A DNA stretch of 64,000 nt from Eledone cirrhosa. Taxonomy: Eukaryota. The number at the start of each line of letters is the position of its first letter. Position 1 is the stretch's first letter. The stretch spans positions 20,894,001 through 20,958,000 of the forward strand of contig OZ024743.1 in the NCBI GenBank assembly GCA_964016885.1, written 5' to 3'. The notes beneath the pieces are model-generated. The model did no database searches and was not told the origin of the DNA. It saw only the letters and a program-made list of their open reading frames with translations. The position numbers and the translations under genes were made by a program. Positions 1 through 9,669 of the stretch are shown here, piece by piece.

Positions 1-720
1 CCATCAGACTCTGATATTAGCATTCTTCAAAAAAGATGCCTATTTCCTGATAGAAAAGCACCTGTTGAAGAAATTGCTAAAAAATTGATTGAATTGTATT
101 CTATTCCTGAATTAAAATTTGTATGCATTTTACCTTTGAATGAAGCTGTTGATGAGTTGAATAATGAAATGATTAAAATATGCAACATAAATGCAGTGAA
201 ACTTGCTGCAAAAGATTCTGGTATGAGACAAGTAAATGGAAGAAAAAAGAAAAATGTTGAAAAAGGCAAAGACAAGAAAACTTCTGATACTGCTGGACTA
301 GAAACTTTGCTAAATGTTGGAATTGGAGCAAGAGTAATGTTGTAACGAAACATTGATGTAGATCAAGGCTTATGCAATGGTGTTATTGGAACAGTTATTA
401 AATTAATTGGGAACGGAAGCAATGTTGACAAAGTTTTGGTGTCTTTTGATACCAAAAAGGACAAACCCATTTCCATTGGAAGAGTTCAAGCAGACTATGA
501 AATTTCTCCTGGTGTTTTTGTCACCAGAACACAATTTCCATTGTCTCTTGCTTACTCTATAACAATTCACAAATCACAAGGAATTTCTGTGGATGGAATA
601 ATTGCTGATTTAGGAAATCAGATATTTTCTGATGGTCAAGAGCCAGAAAATTTTGCAATGTGTATCTATGTGACTTTGATCCAAGATCATTGATCATGGT
701 TGACAAATCTGCATGGGAAG
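1..720 (+). pseudogene. C-terminal half of a PIF1-family (SF1B) helicase, Helitron/Helentron RepHel-like; disrupted
   Basis: Reads GLETLLNVGIGARVML*RNIDVDQGLCNGVIGTV...RTQFPLSLAYSITIHKSQGISVD...IFSDGQ (PIF1 2B region and motif V). Stop at 343-345. Most of motif VI (YVALSR) is deleted near 640, with a frameshift into RARKFCNVYLCDFDP, which is the frame of ORF 660-1559. Confidence 0.88.
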
Positions 721-914
721 AGTACAACAAACTACGGGATAGTACTGGAAGAGCAGATTTGCCTCCATTGCCACCTTGCAGGAAAAAGCATCCTTGCATG
801 GCAAATGCTTCTAGCATCCCCAAGAAAAGAACTAAAAGACTTAATTTGGAAGAAAATTCAAACCAACCTGCCAAAAAGAAGAAAAGAAATGAAAACAGCC
901 AAACTTTAATCACT

Positions 915-1769
915 AAACATCAATTGATCAACCAAAGAAATGCTTGTTTTGCAAATTCAGTTGTGCAATCACTGAATCAATTGCCTGAATTTGTAGAGTA
1001 TTTGCATAATTTTAACAACATGAATGGAGTACATCAAGAATTAAGCAATATCATTTTTAATAATCTTAATAATGTCTCTAACTTAAGAAGAATAATTGGA
1101 GGAAGAATTTATGATGGAAATCAGCAATGTGCTCATGAATTTTGGAAAGAACTCTCTCTACATTTGGACTTGGTATTTAGAGAAAAACTTCAATTTATTC
1201 AAACTGATCATACTAGATGCATCCGATTGCATCAAACAAATTGCCAAGCTCTAAATAACAATGTTTGCAATTGTAATTCAAGACCTGGATGTGGTATAGA
1301 ATCTGAACTTCCATTTCAAATAAAAGAGGATTTGATATTAAATCCTATTAATGGCACACAACAATTTAAATCTCTACTTTCACCAACAAATACTTTGACT
1401 AAATACTGTGATACTTGTTCTGAAAATACTGAGCATCAAATAACTTCAAGAATTGAATTTACTAACGATTTCAAATATCTTGTCATCTCAAGTAGTAGAT
1501 TTTTGATTAATAATGAAGGAGAACAAAGAATTAATTGTGATATTATGAACTTTAGCTAAAAAAAGCAGCAAATATATGGCACAAATTTCACATTAAAAAC
1601 TGCTATTCTTCATGAAGGAGTATCATCTACGGCAGGCCATTATACTTGTCTGGTAAAAAGTGGTGCTGAAAATTGGGATGAAATTAGTGACAACATTACC
1701 AAAAAAAGGCACAAAAAAGTTCCTCCTAAGTTACCTAATGTGGTTGTATTGTTTATGGAAAAAATTTAG
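915..1769 (+). pseudogene. Ubiquitin-specific protease (peptidase C19/USP) domain in frame with the helicase C-terminus
   Basis: Cys box LINQRNACFANSVVQSL and QQCAHEF (QQDAxEF box), plus CxxC pairs. After one in-frame TAA (1557-1559) the same frame continues ILHEGVSSTAGHYTCLVK...WDEISDN...VVVLFMEKI* (His box and Asp), ending at TAG 1767-1769. Confidence 0.85.
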
Positions 1770-1777
1770 ATTTTGGA

Positions 1778-2012
1778 TTTTGGACTATTGATCTTGGACT
1801 ACCAACTTATAATTAGGACTACTGTTAATTCTGGACTACTTCATTTTGTTTTGGACTCTAATGCTGATTCTGGACTACTTAATTTTATTTTTGACTACTT
1901 GCTGCTTATTTTGGACTAAATGCTGATTTTCGACTACATAATTTTATTTTGGACTAAATGCTAATTCTGGACTACTTAATTTTATTTTGGACTAACTGCT
2001 AATTATGGACAA
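1778..2012 (+). repeat. Degenerate ~20-22 bp tandem repeat built on TTTTGGACTA(C)T
   Basis: About 12 recurrences of (g)gact(a) at ~20 bp spacing directly after the USP stop codon. Confidence 0.75.
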
Positions 2013-2414
2013 ATTATTGTTGAATTTGAGCTCACTATATATTGGCATTTTATTTATGTAGTACTTAATTTTATTTATTTTTGACTCAGTTATTTTAATT
2101 GCTTGTTTTTCTAGCATCTTTAATAACTTCACTTGTTAAGTTAAACTCTAAATTGATCATTAGAGTATAGTCAATTATAACTTTGTCTCTATGGGCACAC
2201 CCGAAGGCTTGTAGTAAGGGTGTTCAGAAAAGGCAAATGTCTCTATTGATTATATTCTACAAAATACCTTTTCAATTTTAATATTTTGGATTTTATAGAA
2301 ATATTGAAATGAAAAATTAATTTGTATTGATGTAAAAAGGATTGTAAATGCCTTAGCAAATGGTCAAGGTAATTTAAATAAAATAATTTGCTGCAATGCC
2401 TTAAAAAAAGGGGG

Positions 2415-3524
2415 ACTAGACCGAAAAATGTGGGCGCATGTGTATTAATATTATTAAATAATAATAAACCTGGAAAAGTACAGGAAAAGTAGAATTAACT
2501 CTTAAAATATTGAAGCTGGAATTTGAATTTGATGAATTAAATGTACAATAATAAGCCTATGACATCACACTTAATCACAAGGAGGTGAAGGTTGTTAAGA
2601 TGGCATGGAACAGGACGTTTCGGTGCAGGCATTTCTGTGCCAGCGTTTCAGCACAGGCATGTGGAATGGTCATTCCTAGCTCTTTCATGGATAGATTTAG
2701 AATAACACAAGAATGACCTAAAGACAACCAAGATAATTTTTTAATTTAATTATTAATTAAATAATTAGAAACGATCTAGAAATCACCTTGATTCATTAGG
2801 AATGGTCTAGTTAATCTTATCTAAAACATAGTCTCTGCTTTCCTCATAAGAAAGGAACAGTAATCCAGATTATCAATCAGAATGATATCGCACTTGATCA
2901 CTAAATTTTCTTTTTGAAATACAGTTGACTATCTATAATTGTCACTCAAAGGAACTGTAAAAATAACTGACAATTAGGGAGAGTTACAAAAAATAAAAGT
3001 TGGGCCAAAAATGGCGTTGACAATTAGGGAGAGTCAACTGTAATTCGATCTTGACAAATTTTGGCTTAACTTTTTTTTAAATGAAATTAGATTAATAATT
3101 TTAATATGATGACAATTTTATGCAAAATTTAGCTCATTACTTTTTACTATTAATTTCAATTAAATTTTAATGTCAATTTTTAAAGTAATACAGTATAATT
3201 AACCCACTAAAGGGACAAAAAAAGTGACAACTTAAATGAACTGACAATTTATGTAAAAAAGATTGATGACATTAATTGCATTTGGTTGGCAAAATGGTGA
3301 TTGCTGACTTAGGCAACCTGATGATTTAATATCTAATAAATACCCTAATTCATTATTATTTCTTATTATCTCTTGGCATTGCTAATTTTACTGTACATTG
3401 AATTCATCAAATTCAAATTCCAGCTTCAATATTTTAAGAGTTAATTCTACTTGTCCTGTACTTTTCTAGGTTTATTATTATTTATGAATATTAATACACA
3501 TGCGCCCACATTTTTCGGTCTAGT
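2415..3524. repeat. ~133 bp inverted repeat pair (2415-2547 and 3392-3524) with ACTAG...CTAGT outer ends
   Basis: actagaccgaaaaatgtgggcgcatgtgtattaata...gatgaattaaatgtaca is matched in reverse complement by tgtacattgaattcatc...catgcgcccacatttttcggtctagt. The right end abuts a TA-rich microsatellite. Confidence 0.9.
2922..3040. mobile_element. 119 bp Tc1/mariner-pogo-type MITE
   Basis: 23 bp TIRs cagttgactatctataattgtca / tgacaattagggagagtcaactg (3 mismatches), TA on both sides, with an internal extra copy of tgacaattagggagagt. Confidence 0.75.
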
Positions 3525-3759
3525 ATAGATATGTATATTATATATATATATAATATATATATATACATATATATAATATATATATTATGTATATTATATA
3601 TATATATATAGATATATGTTATATATATATTATATATTATATATATGACTCCAGTTCCTCATTGAAATAACAACCCAACAAGGAACTGGGCATATCAGAG
3701 TATTGACAATATTATACACCTAAACAACATATGTACTTGTCTATACCATAGTAATTCAA

Positions 3760-3814
3760 ACTGCCTGAAGAGGTCACAGCCAAAGATGGCTGTCACTGAA
3801 ATATATATAGCAGT
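3760..3814 (+). ncRNA. Minimal type I hammerhead ribozyme in a PLE-type pLTR fragment (~3647-3870)
   Basis: ACUGC-CUGAAGA-GGUCACAGCC(aaagau)GGCUGUCACU-GAAA-UAUAUA-UA-GCAGU: 5 bp stem I, long stem II, palindromic stem III. Confidence 0.85.
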
Positions 3815-3875
3815 AATAAACGAAGCTAAATTTTAATCATTTGACTTTTATTTAACTTTATTTTATATATATTAT

Positions 3876-4869
3876 AGTCCACGCTGTAATGTGGCCGTGT
3901 AGGCAACACGGTAAAAACCTCTCAGACCCACACTGTAAATGTGGTTGGTGTTAGGAAGGGCATCCAACTGTAGAAAACCTGCCAGACAGTCCTATGCGAG
4001 CAAGACAATCACTCTTGCCTCAAGTGGGACTACGCCCGTCCAAACCCATGCAAGCGTGGAACACGGACGTTTAACGTCCGTGTTCCACGCTTGCACAGGT
4101 TTGGACGGGGGTTTTCCCACTTGAGGCAAGAGTGATTGTCTTGCTCGCATAGGACTGTCTGGCGGGTTTTCTACAGCGGGATGCCCTTCCTAACACCAAC
4201 CACATTTACAGTGTGGGGCTGGGAGGTTTTTACCGTGTTGCCTACACGGCCACATTACAGCGTGGACTGTCTGGCGGGTTTTCTACAGCTGGATGCCCTT
4301 CCTAACACCAACCACATTTACAGTGTGGGGCTGGGAGGTTTTTACCATGTTGCCTACACGGCCACATTACAGCGTGGACTGTGTGTTTTTTTGTCGTGAC
4401 ACCTACACAATCTCATTTGTTTCGGCCTGGATGTTGTGGCACCAGCATAACTTTACATTGAAAGGGGCGGTGTGGATGGGGTGGGGGTGGTAGGACGGGG
4501 GTGTATTTTGTTAGAGATGCCTACTGACTGTAGTAGGTTTTCCTTTGTATTTAGGTAAGGCGGGTCTTCTCTATTACTGAGTACTGCCAAAGGTCTCGGT
4601 CCAGTGACATTGTCTTGGAGAGGTATAAGTGTGTGAGGTCGGAATTTATCAGCTCGTCCCAGGTTTTTCTGGGTCTGCCTACTCCGTAGCTACCGTCTAT
4701 CTTTATTGCCCTGCACTTTGTTATACAGCTGTCGTCTTTCATGCGCATCACGTGACCATACCAACGTAGCCTTCTCTCGAGTAAACAACATCTGATCCCT
4801 CTTATTTCTAATTTTTTCCTTAGTTCGCTTATGCTTTGCCGTTCACGTATGTTACTATTACACATCCAT
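3876..4869 (-). mobile_element. RTE LINE 3' fragment (minus, ~4070-4869) fused tail-to-tail to an inverted copy of its own 3' UTR (3876-4070)
   Basis: ORF 4551-4865 equals the C-terminus of the RT at 5629-7290. Palindromic junction acacggacgtttaacgtccgtgt near 4071. Internal ~110 bp tandem duplication (about 4152-4263 / 4264-4380) bounded by ggactgt. Confidence 0.9.
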
Positions 4870-4896
4870 TTATATATATTATATATATATATATAT

Positions 4897-5585
4897 TATT
4901 CATTAGTTAAGCAAAACCTGACAACAGATTTCACAAGGAAGACATTATTAAAAGATTGTCAACATATTTTAGTTTGATGTAAGGAATGTAGCGAATAATA
5001 ATATTAATAATAATAATGTCCCTTTACAATTGTTTCGTTACTCCATATAATATTTCTGGATCAAATATTTATATATAATTATTGATCTGGTTCAGTTGAA
5101 AATAATTAACATACGTAGAACTAGAGCAGCTCATCGGAACTTCAAAAGGAATATAAATTAAAATAAGGAAAGAATGTTACATAAATCTAATGTTCCACAT
5201 GTTAATTATTTTCAACTGAACCAGATCAATAATGATATATAATCATTTGATCCAGAAATATTATATGGAGTAGCGAAACAATTGTAAACGGACATTATTA
5301 TTATTAATATTATTATTATTTATCTCTACATTCCTTACATCAAACTAAAATATGTTGACATCTTTTAATAATGTCTTTCTTGTGAAATCTGTGGTCTTGT
5401 TTTGCTTAACTAATGAATATTTCCAGCTCTGTGCACCTAACCTCAAATGAACCCAGCCACCTAGTTGCCTTCCACTGCATATTGCACATTGAGCACATGA
5501 CTTTACGCTTTGGCTTCAAACTAATTCACCAATCTCTCCTCTCCTATCTCCATCTCTCTCTTTAAGATTGGTTACTCTTAAACTG
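4897..5585. mobile_element. Fold-back PLE-type pLTR remnant: inverted arms 4897-5112 and 5199-5420, with a hammerhead-like motif on minus (5023-5140)
   Basis: Arms are reverse complements. Minus strand reads GUU-CCGAUGA-GCUGCUCU...GGAGUAAC-GAAA-CAAUUG-UA; the right arm has GGAGUAGC-GAAA-CAAUUG-UA-AAC. The core has C instead of U4. Flanked by TA repeats. Confidence 0.65.
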
Positions 5586-5601
5586 TGTATATATATATAT
5601 T

Positions 5602-7670
5602 CATATCGACCCAATAGAGGGACCAGCAGTGTTAGTCGAGGGGAGTATAATAAGTAAGGCAATCAAGGATATGAAGACGGGTAAGGCGGCTGGGCCTTTG
5701 GAAATAGTTGCTGAGATGCTGAAGGCATCTGGCACGGTGGGACACACCATGGTCACCCGCATAGTTAACCAAGTCGTACAGAATGGGGTTGTTCCGAAGG
5801 ACTGGCATAGCAGCATCATCGTTAACTGTTATAAGGGTAAAGGAGACGCCCTAGATAGGAGTAACTATAGAGGCATTAAATTAATCGACCAGGTCATGAA
5901 GGTCACGGAAAAAGTAATAGCACAACTAATCAGAGAGAGAATTGACCTAGATGAAATGCAGTTCGGGTTTGTGTCAGGCAAAAGTACCACAGACGCTCTT
6001 TTCATTGTACGACAACTACAGGAGAAGTACCTAGCTAAAGGTAAACCCCTCTACTTAGCTTTTGTCGACTTGGAGAAAGCCTTCGACAGAGTCCCCCGCT
6101 CCATTATCTGGTGGGCTCTTAGAAAACTAGGCGTTGACGAATGGCTTGTGAGAGCTATACAAGCCATGTATAAAGAAACAGTCAGCAAGGTTAGAATTAA
6201 CAACGAATATAGTGAAGAGTTTAGCGTAAAAGTTGGCGTCCATCAGGGCTCTGTTCTCAGCCCCCTACTATTTATTATTGCCCTTCAGGCTATAACAGAG
6301 GAGTTCAAGACCGGCTGCCCATGGGAACTCCTATACGCAGACGACCTGACACTTATAGCGGAATCAATGGCCGAGCTAGAGAAGAAATTCCAAACATGGA
6401 AGCATGGCCTAGAATCAAAAGGACTTAAAATTAACCTGGCTAAGACTAAAGTTCTAGTTTGTAGGAAAGAAAATAAGGCAGCGGTCCCTTCTGGGAAATG
6501 GTCGTGCTCGGTGTGTAGGAAAGGCGTAGGTAGAAACTCCATTTTATGTCCTAAATGCAAAGTATGGGTGCATAAAAGATGTAGTGGGATCACAGGTAAG
6601 CTAACTAAGAACATAGATTTTACATGTGGCCGGTGCTCTGGTGCAATAAGTAGCAGCAAGTTCCCACCAAATACTAGCTCTTTCAATTGCGCAGAGGGTT
6701 CTGTAGAAATAGTGGACAGTTTCCGTTACCTGGGTGATAAAATCAGCAGTGGGGGAGGGTGCTCTGAAAGTACAGTAGCTAGAGTCAGAACTGGTTGGAA
6801 AAAGTTCAGAGAGCTTATACCACTATTAGCTGCTAAAGGATTCTCCCTAAAAATGAAAGGCAGGTTGTACGATGCCTGCATACGAACAGCAATGTTGCAT
6901 GGCAGTGAGACCTGGGTATTGTGTGCAGAGGATATACGCAGACTAGAGAGGAACGAAGCTTGCATGCTCCGCTGGATGTGTAACAGTAATATACGTGAAC
7001 GTCAAATCATAGACGAACTAAGGAAAAAATTAGAAATAAGGGGGATCAGATGTTGTTTACTCGAGAGAAGGCTACGTTGGTATGGACACGTGATGCGCAT
7101 GAAAGTCGATAGCTGTATAACAAAGTGCAGGGCAATAAAGATAGACGGTAGCCACGGAATAGGCAGACCTAGACAAACCTGGGACGAGCTGATAAACTCC
7201 GACCTCACACACTTACACCTCTCCAAGACAATGTCACTGGACCGAGACCTTTGGCGGTACTCAGTAACAGAGAAGACCCGCCTTACCTAAATACATAGTA
7301 AAACCTACTACAGCCAGGAGGCATCTCTAACAAAATACCCCCCCCCCCCGTCCCACCACCAACCCCACCCCATCCACACCACCCCGTTCTATGTAAAGTT
7401 ATGTTGGTGCCACACCATCCAGGCCGAAACAAATGAGATCGTGTAGGTGTCACGACAAAAAAACACACAGTCCACGCTGTAATGTGGCCGTGTAGGCAAC
7501 ACGGTAAAAACCTCCCAGACCCACACTGTAAATGTGGTTGGTGTTAGGAAGGGCATCCAACTGTAGAAAACCTGCCAGACAGTCCTATGCGAGCAAGACA
7601 ATCACTCTTGCCTCAAGTGGGACTACCCCCTTTCAAACCCATGCAAGTGTGGAACACGGATGTTAAACGT

Positions 7671-7700
<30 letters not shown>
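5602..7700 (+). mobile_element. 5'-truncated RTE-clade LINE with (GAT)n tail
   Basis: RT ORF 5629-7290, 3' UTR 7291-7670, (GAT)n tail 7671-7700. No endonuclease domain present. Embedded between TA repeats. Confidence 0.93.
5629..7290 (+). CDS. RTE reverse transcriptase (truncated ORF) with internal C4HC3 PHD-like finger
   Basis: YKGKGD..NYRGIKL, QFGF, FVDLEKAFDRV, GVHQGSVLSP, LYADD, FRYLG, RLRWYGHV, GRPRQTW. Finger CSVC..CPKCKVWVHKRC..CGRC. No true ATG start (5'-truncated element). Confidence 0.9.
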   Translation: MLVEGSIISKAIKDMKTGKAAGPLEIVAEMLKASGTVGHTMVTRIVNQVVQNGVVPKDWHSSIIVNCYKGKGDALDRSNYRGIKLIDQVMKVTEKVIAQLIRERIDLDEMQFGFVSGKSTTDALFIVRQLQEKYLAKGKPLYLAFVDLEKAFDRVPRSIIWWALRKLGVDEWLVRAIQAMYKETVSKVRINNEYSEEFSVKVGVHQGSVLSPLLFIIALQAITEEFKTGCPWELLYADDLTLIAESMAELEKKFQTWKHGLESKGLKINLAKTKVLVCRKENKAAVPSGKWSCSVCRKGVGRNSILCPKCKVWVHKRCSGITGKLTKNIDFTCGRCSGAISSSKFPPNTSSFNCAEGSVEIVDSFRYLGDKISSGGGCSESTVARVRTGWKKFRELIPLLAAKGFSLKMKGRLYDACIRTAMLHGSETWVLCAEDIRRLERNEACMLRWMCNSNIRERQIIDELRKKLEIRGIRCCLLERRLRWYGHVMRMKVDSCITKCRAIKIDGSHGIGRPRQTWDELINSDLTHLHLSKTMSLDRDLWRYSVTEKTRLT

Positions 7701-7701
<1 letters not shown>

Positions 7702-7919
7702 ATATATATATTATATGTATATATATATATGTGTATATATATATTATATATATGTATATAAATATATTATATATATGTATATATATATATGTATATATAT
7801 ATATTATATGTATATATATATATATTATATATATATATATATATAAATATATATGTATATATATATATATAATATATATATATACATATATATATATATA
7901 ATATATATATATTATATAT

Positions 7920-8040
7920 GTGAAGACATGTGGCTGACTGGTTAGAGAATTGGATTCGCAATTGTAAGGTTGTGAGTTCGATTCCTGGACAGGGCGATGC
8001 GTTATGTCCTTGAGCAAGACACTTTATTTCACGTTGCTCC
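7920..8040 (+). mobile_element. tRNA-derived SINE, 5' part
   Basis: A-box-like tggctgactgg, B-box gagttcgattcc, then the conserved core tgtccttgagcaagacactttatttcac. Confidence 0.75.
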
Positions 8041-9513
8041 TTCTACCTGGAGTTGCGAGCGATAGATAGTATTAGCAATTGGAAAGACCTACGGAAACAT
8101 TGTTTCCTCGGTCTGATTTGACGAAAGTCGATCGTTCCTCATATTATACATATATATATTATATAACAGACATCAACAACAGCAACACACACACATCCTA
8201 TGCCTCTCACCACCATCACCACAATCTTAACATACCCACTAGATAACAGTCAGGAATTAGAGAAAAACACCATGGAAGACATCCAGTAAATAGCTAACTC
8301 CATCCATCAGTGTATTAGTGTTACTATAGACAACCCAAGCAAACACCCCAACCATCGATTACCTGTACTAGACACAGAGCTCTGGATAGAAACCATTAAT
8401 AACAAAAAACAAATCCTCCATTCCCATTATGCCAAATCCATGACTTCCAAATATCTGATCCACCGAAACTCAGCTGTTTCGGATCACACCAAAATCAACA
8501 TACTGATTGCGGATTTAGTACGGGTGATGAGGAACGTGTCCCGCATGTGCAACAGCACATCATCCGCCGTATGCAGTTCTCTGGTTACAATCAGAGATAT
8601 AAAATCAGTGTATATGGAGGAGCCAGAACCAAGTGGGAACAAAATGGTAAATAATGATACAAATGGGACCTGCCCCTTGTATAGGAGCAAATTTTGGAAT
8701 AGAATAGAAAGAACTAGGAATAAGGTTAATAGAATAAACTCATGGTATTATAGCAATAAATACCAGAGTGTAATGTTCATCAATACAACCCCTAGAGGTG
8801 AACTAGCTTACAAATTTAGAAGGGCCCGAGATAAACTTAAACTAAATATTAAGATAGTGGAAAGACCAGGTACCTCCATAAAAACCCTTTTAGCAATACA
8901 TACCCTTTTCAAAGACCTCCCTGTATAGATAAGAAATGCATAACCTGTAAACTAAGCCCCCATATTAACTGCAAAACTAGAAACATAGTATATAGCATAA
9001 GATGTACTGAGGGACAATGTAAAGATAAGAATATAGTGTACATAGGTGAAACAGCTCTTAGTATAGGAGAACGATTAAATGAACACTGGCGAGAGCTTCA
9101 AGATAGAAAAGAATCATCAGTACTCCACCAACATGCTAAAATAGAACACGAGGGCAAATTAGAGAACATAGAAATAAAAATAAAATCTACACACAGAAAA
9201 AACGCAATGTTTAGACAAATCACCGAGGCAATAAACATAAATGAACTCCAACCAAAATTAAATAGAAAGCATGAATGGAATAGCAACATCACAACTTACA
9301 ATTAAGGACAAAATGAAAACACACACACATCGAACAAACAACCAACTAGTAACATGTAAATAGACAAACAAATAAACAAATAAATAAACAAATAAAAACA
9401 CACACAGACACCCAGATGTAACACATGTGCAACCTAAGCACACAACACACACAAAAACAAGATGTCGTAGGACAGAACAAAGGAGAGGTACAAAACAAAG
9501 AAAAGAATCCCCA

Positions 9514-9556
9514 GTCACTGAAGAGGTTACAGAATGTGTGACGAAAGAACTTTGAC
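9514..9556 (+). ncRNA. Minimal type I hammerhead ribozyme in the PLE pLTR
   Basis: GUCA-CUGAAGA-G-GUUACA(gaaug)UGUGAC-GAAA-GAAC-UU-UGAC. Stem I GUCA/UGAC. Confidence 0.82.
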
Positions 9557-9669
9557 AATATATGAACAACCGTCTGGTTGTGGAACCAACCAACCAACTG
9601 AAAATTTATAAATTTAATTTATAATAAATTGGAGTGAAAGCACTGGTGCGTGTGTTTCTTATTGGCAAC

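Noticed and set aside
6285-7226. Antisense ORFs over the RT genes (also 53439-54914, 11048-12232, 19693-20289)
   Set aside because: Shadow frames of transposon coding sequence.
7613-8017. Long ORFs rich in YI/IY, YVCM, HT or RE repeats (also near 14100, 23283, 40295, 57022, 61163 and elsewhere)
   Set aside because: Translations of (TA)n, (TATG)n, (CA)n and (GA)n microsatellites, which lack stops by construction.
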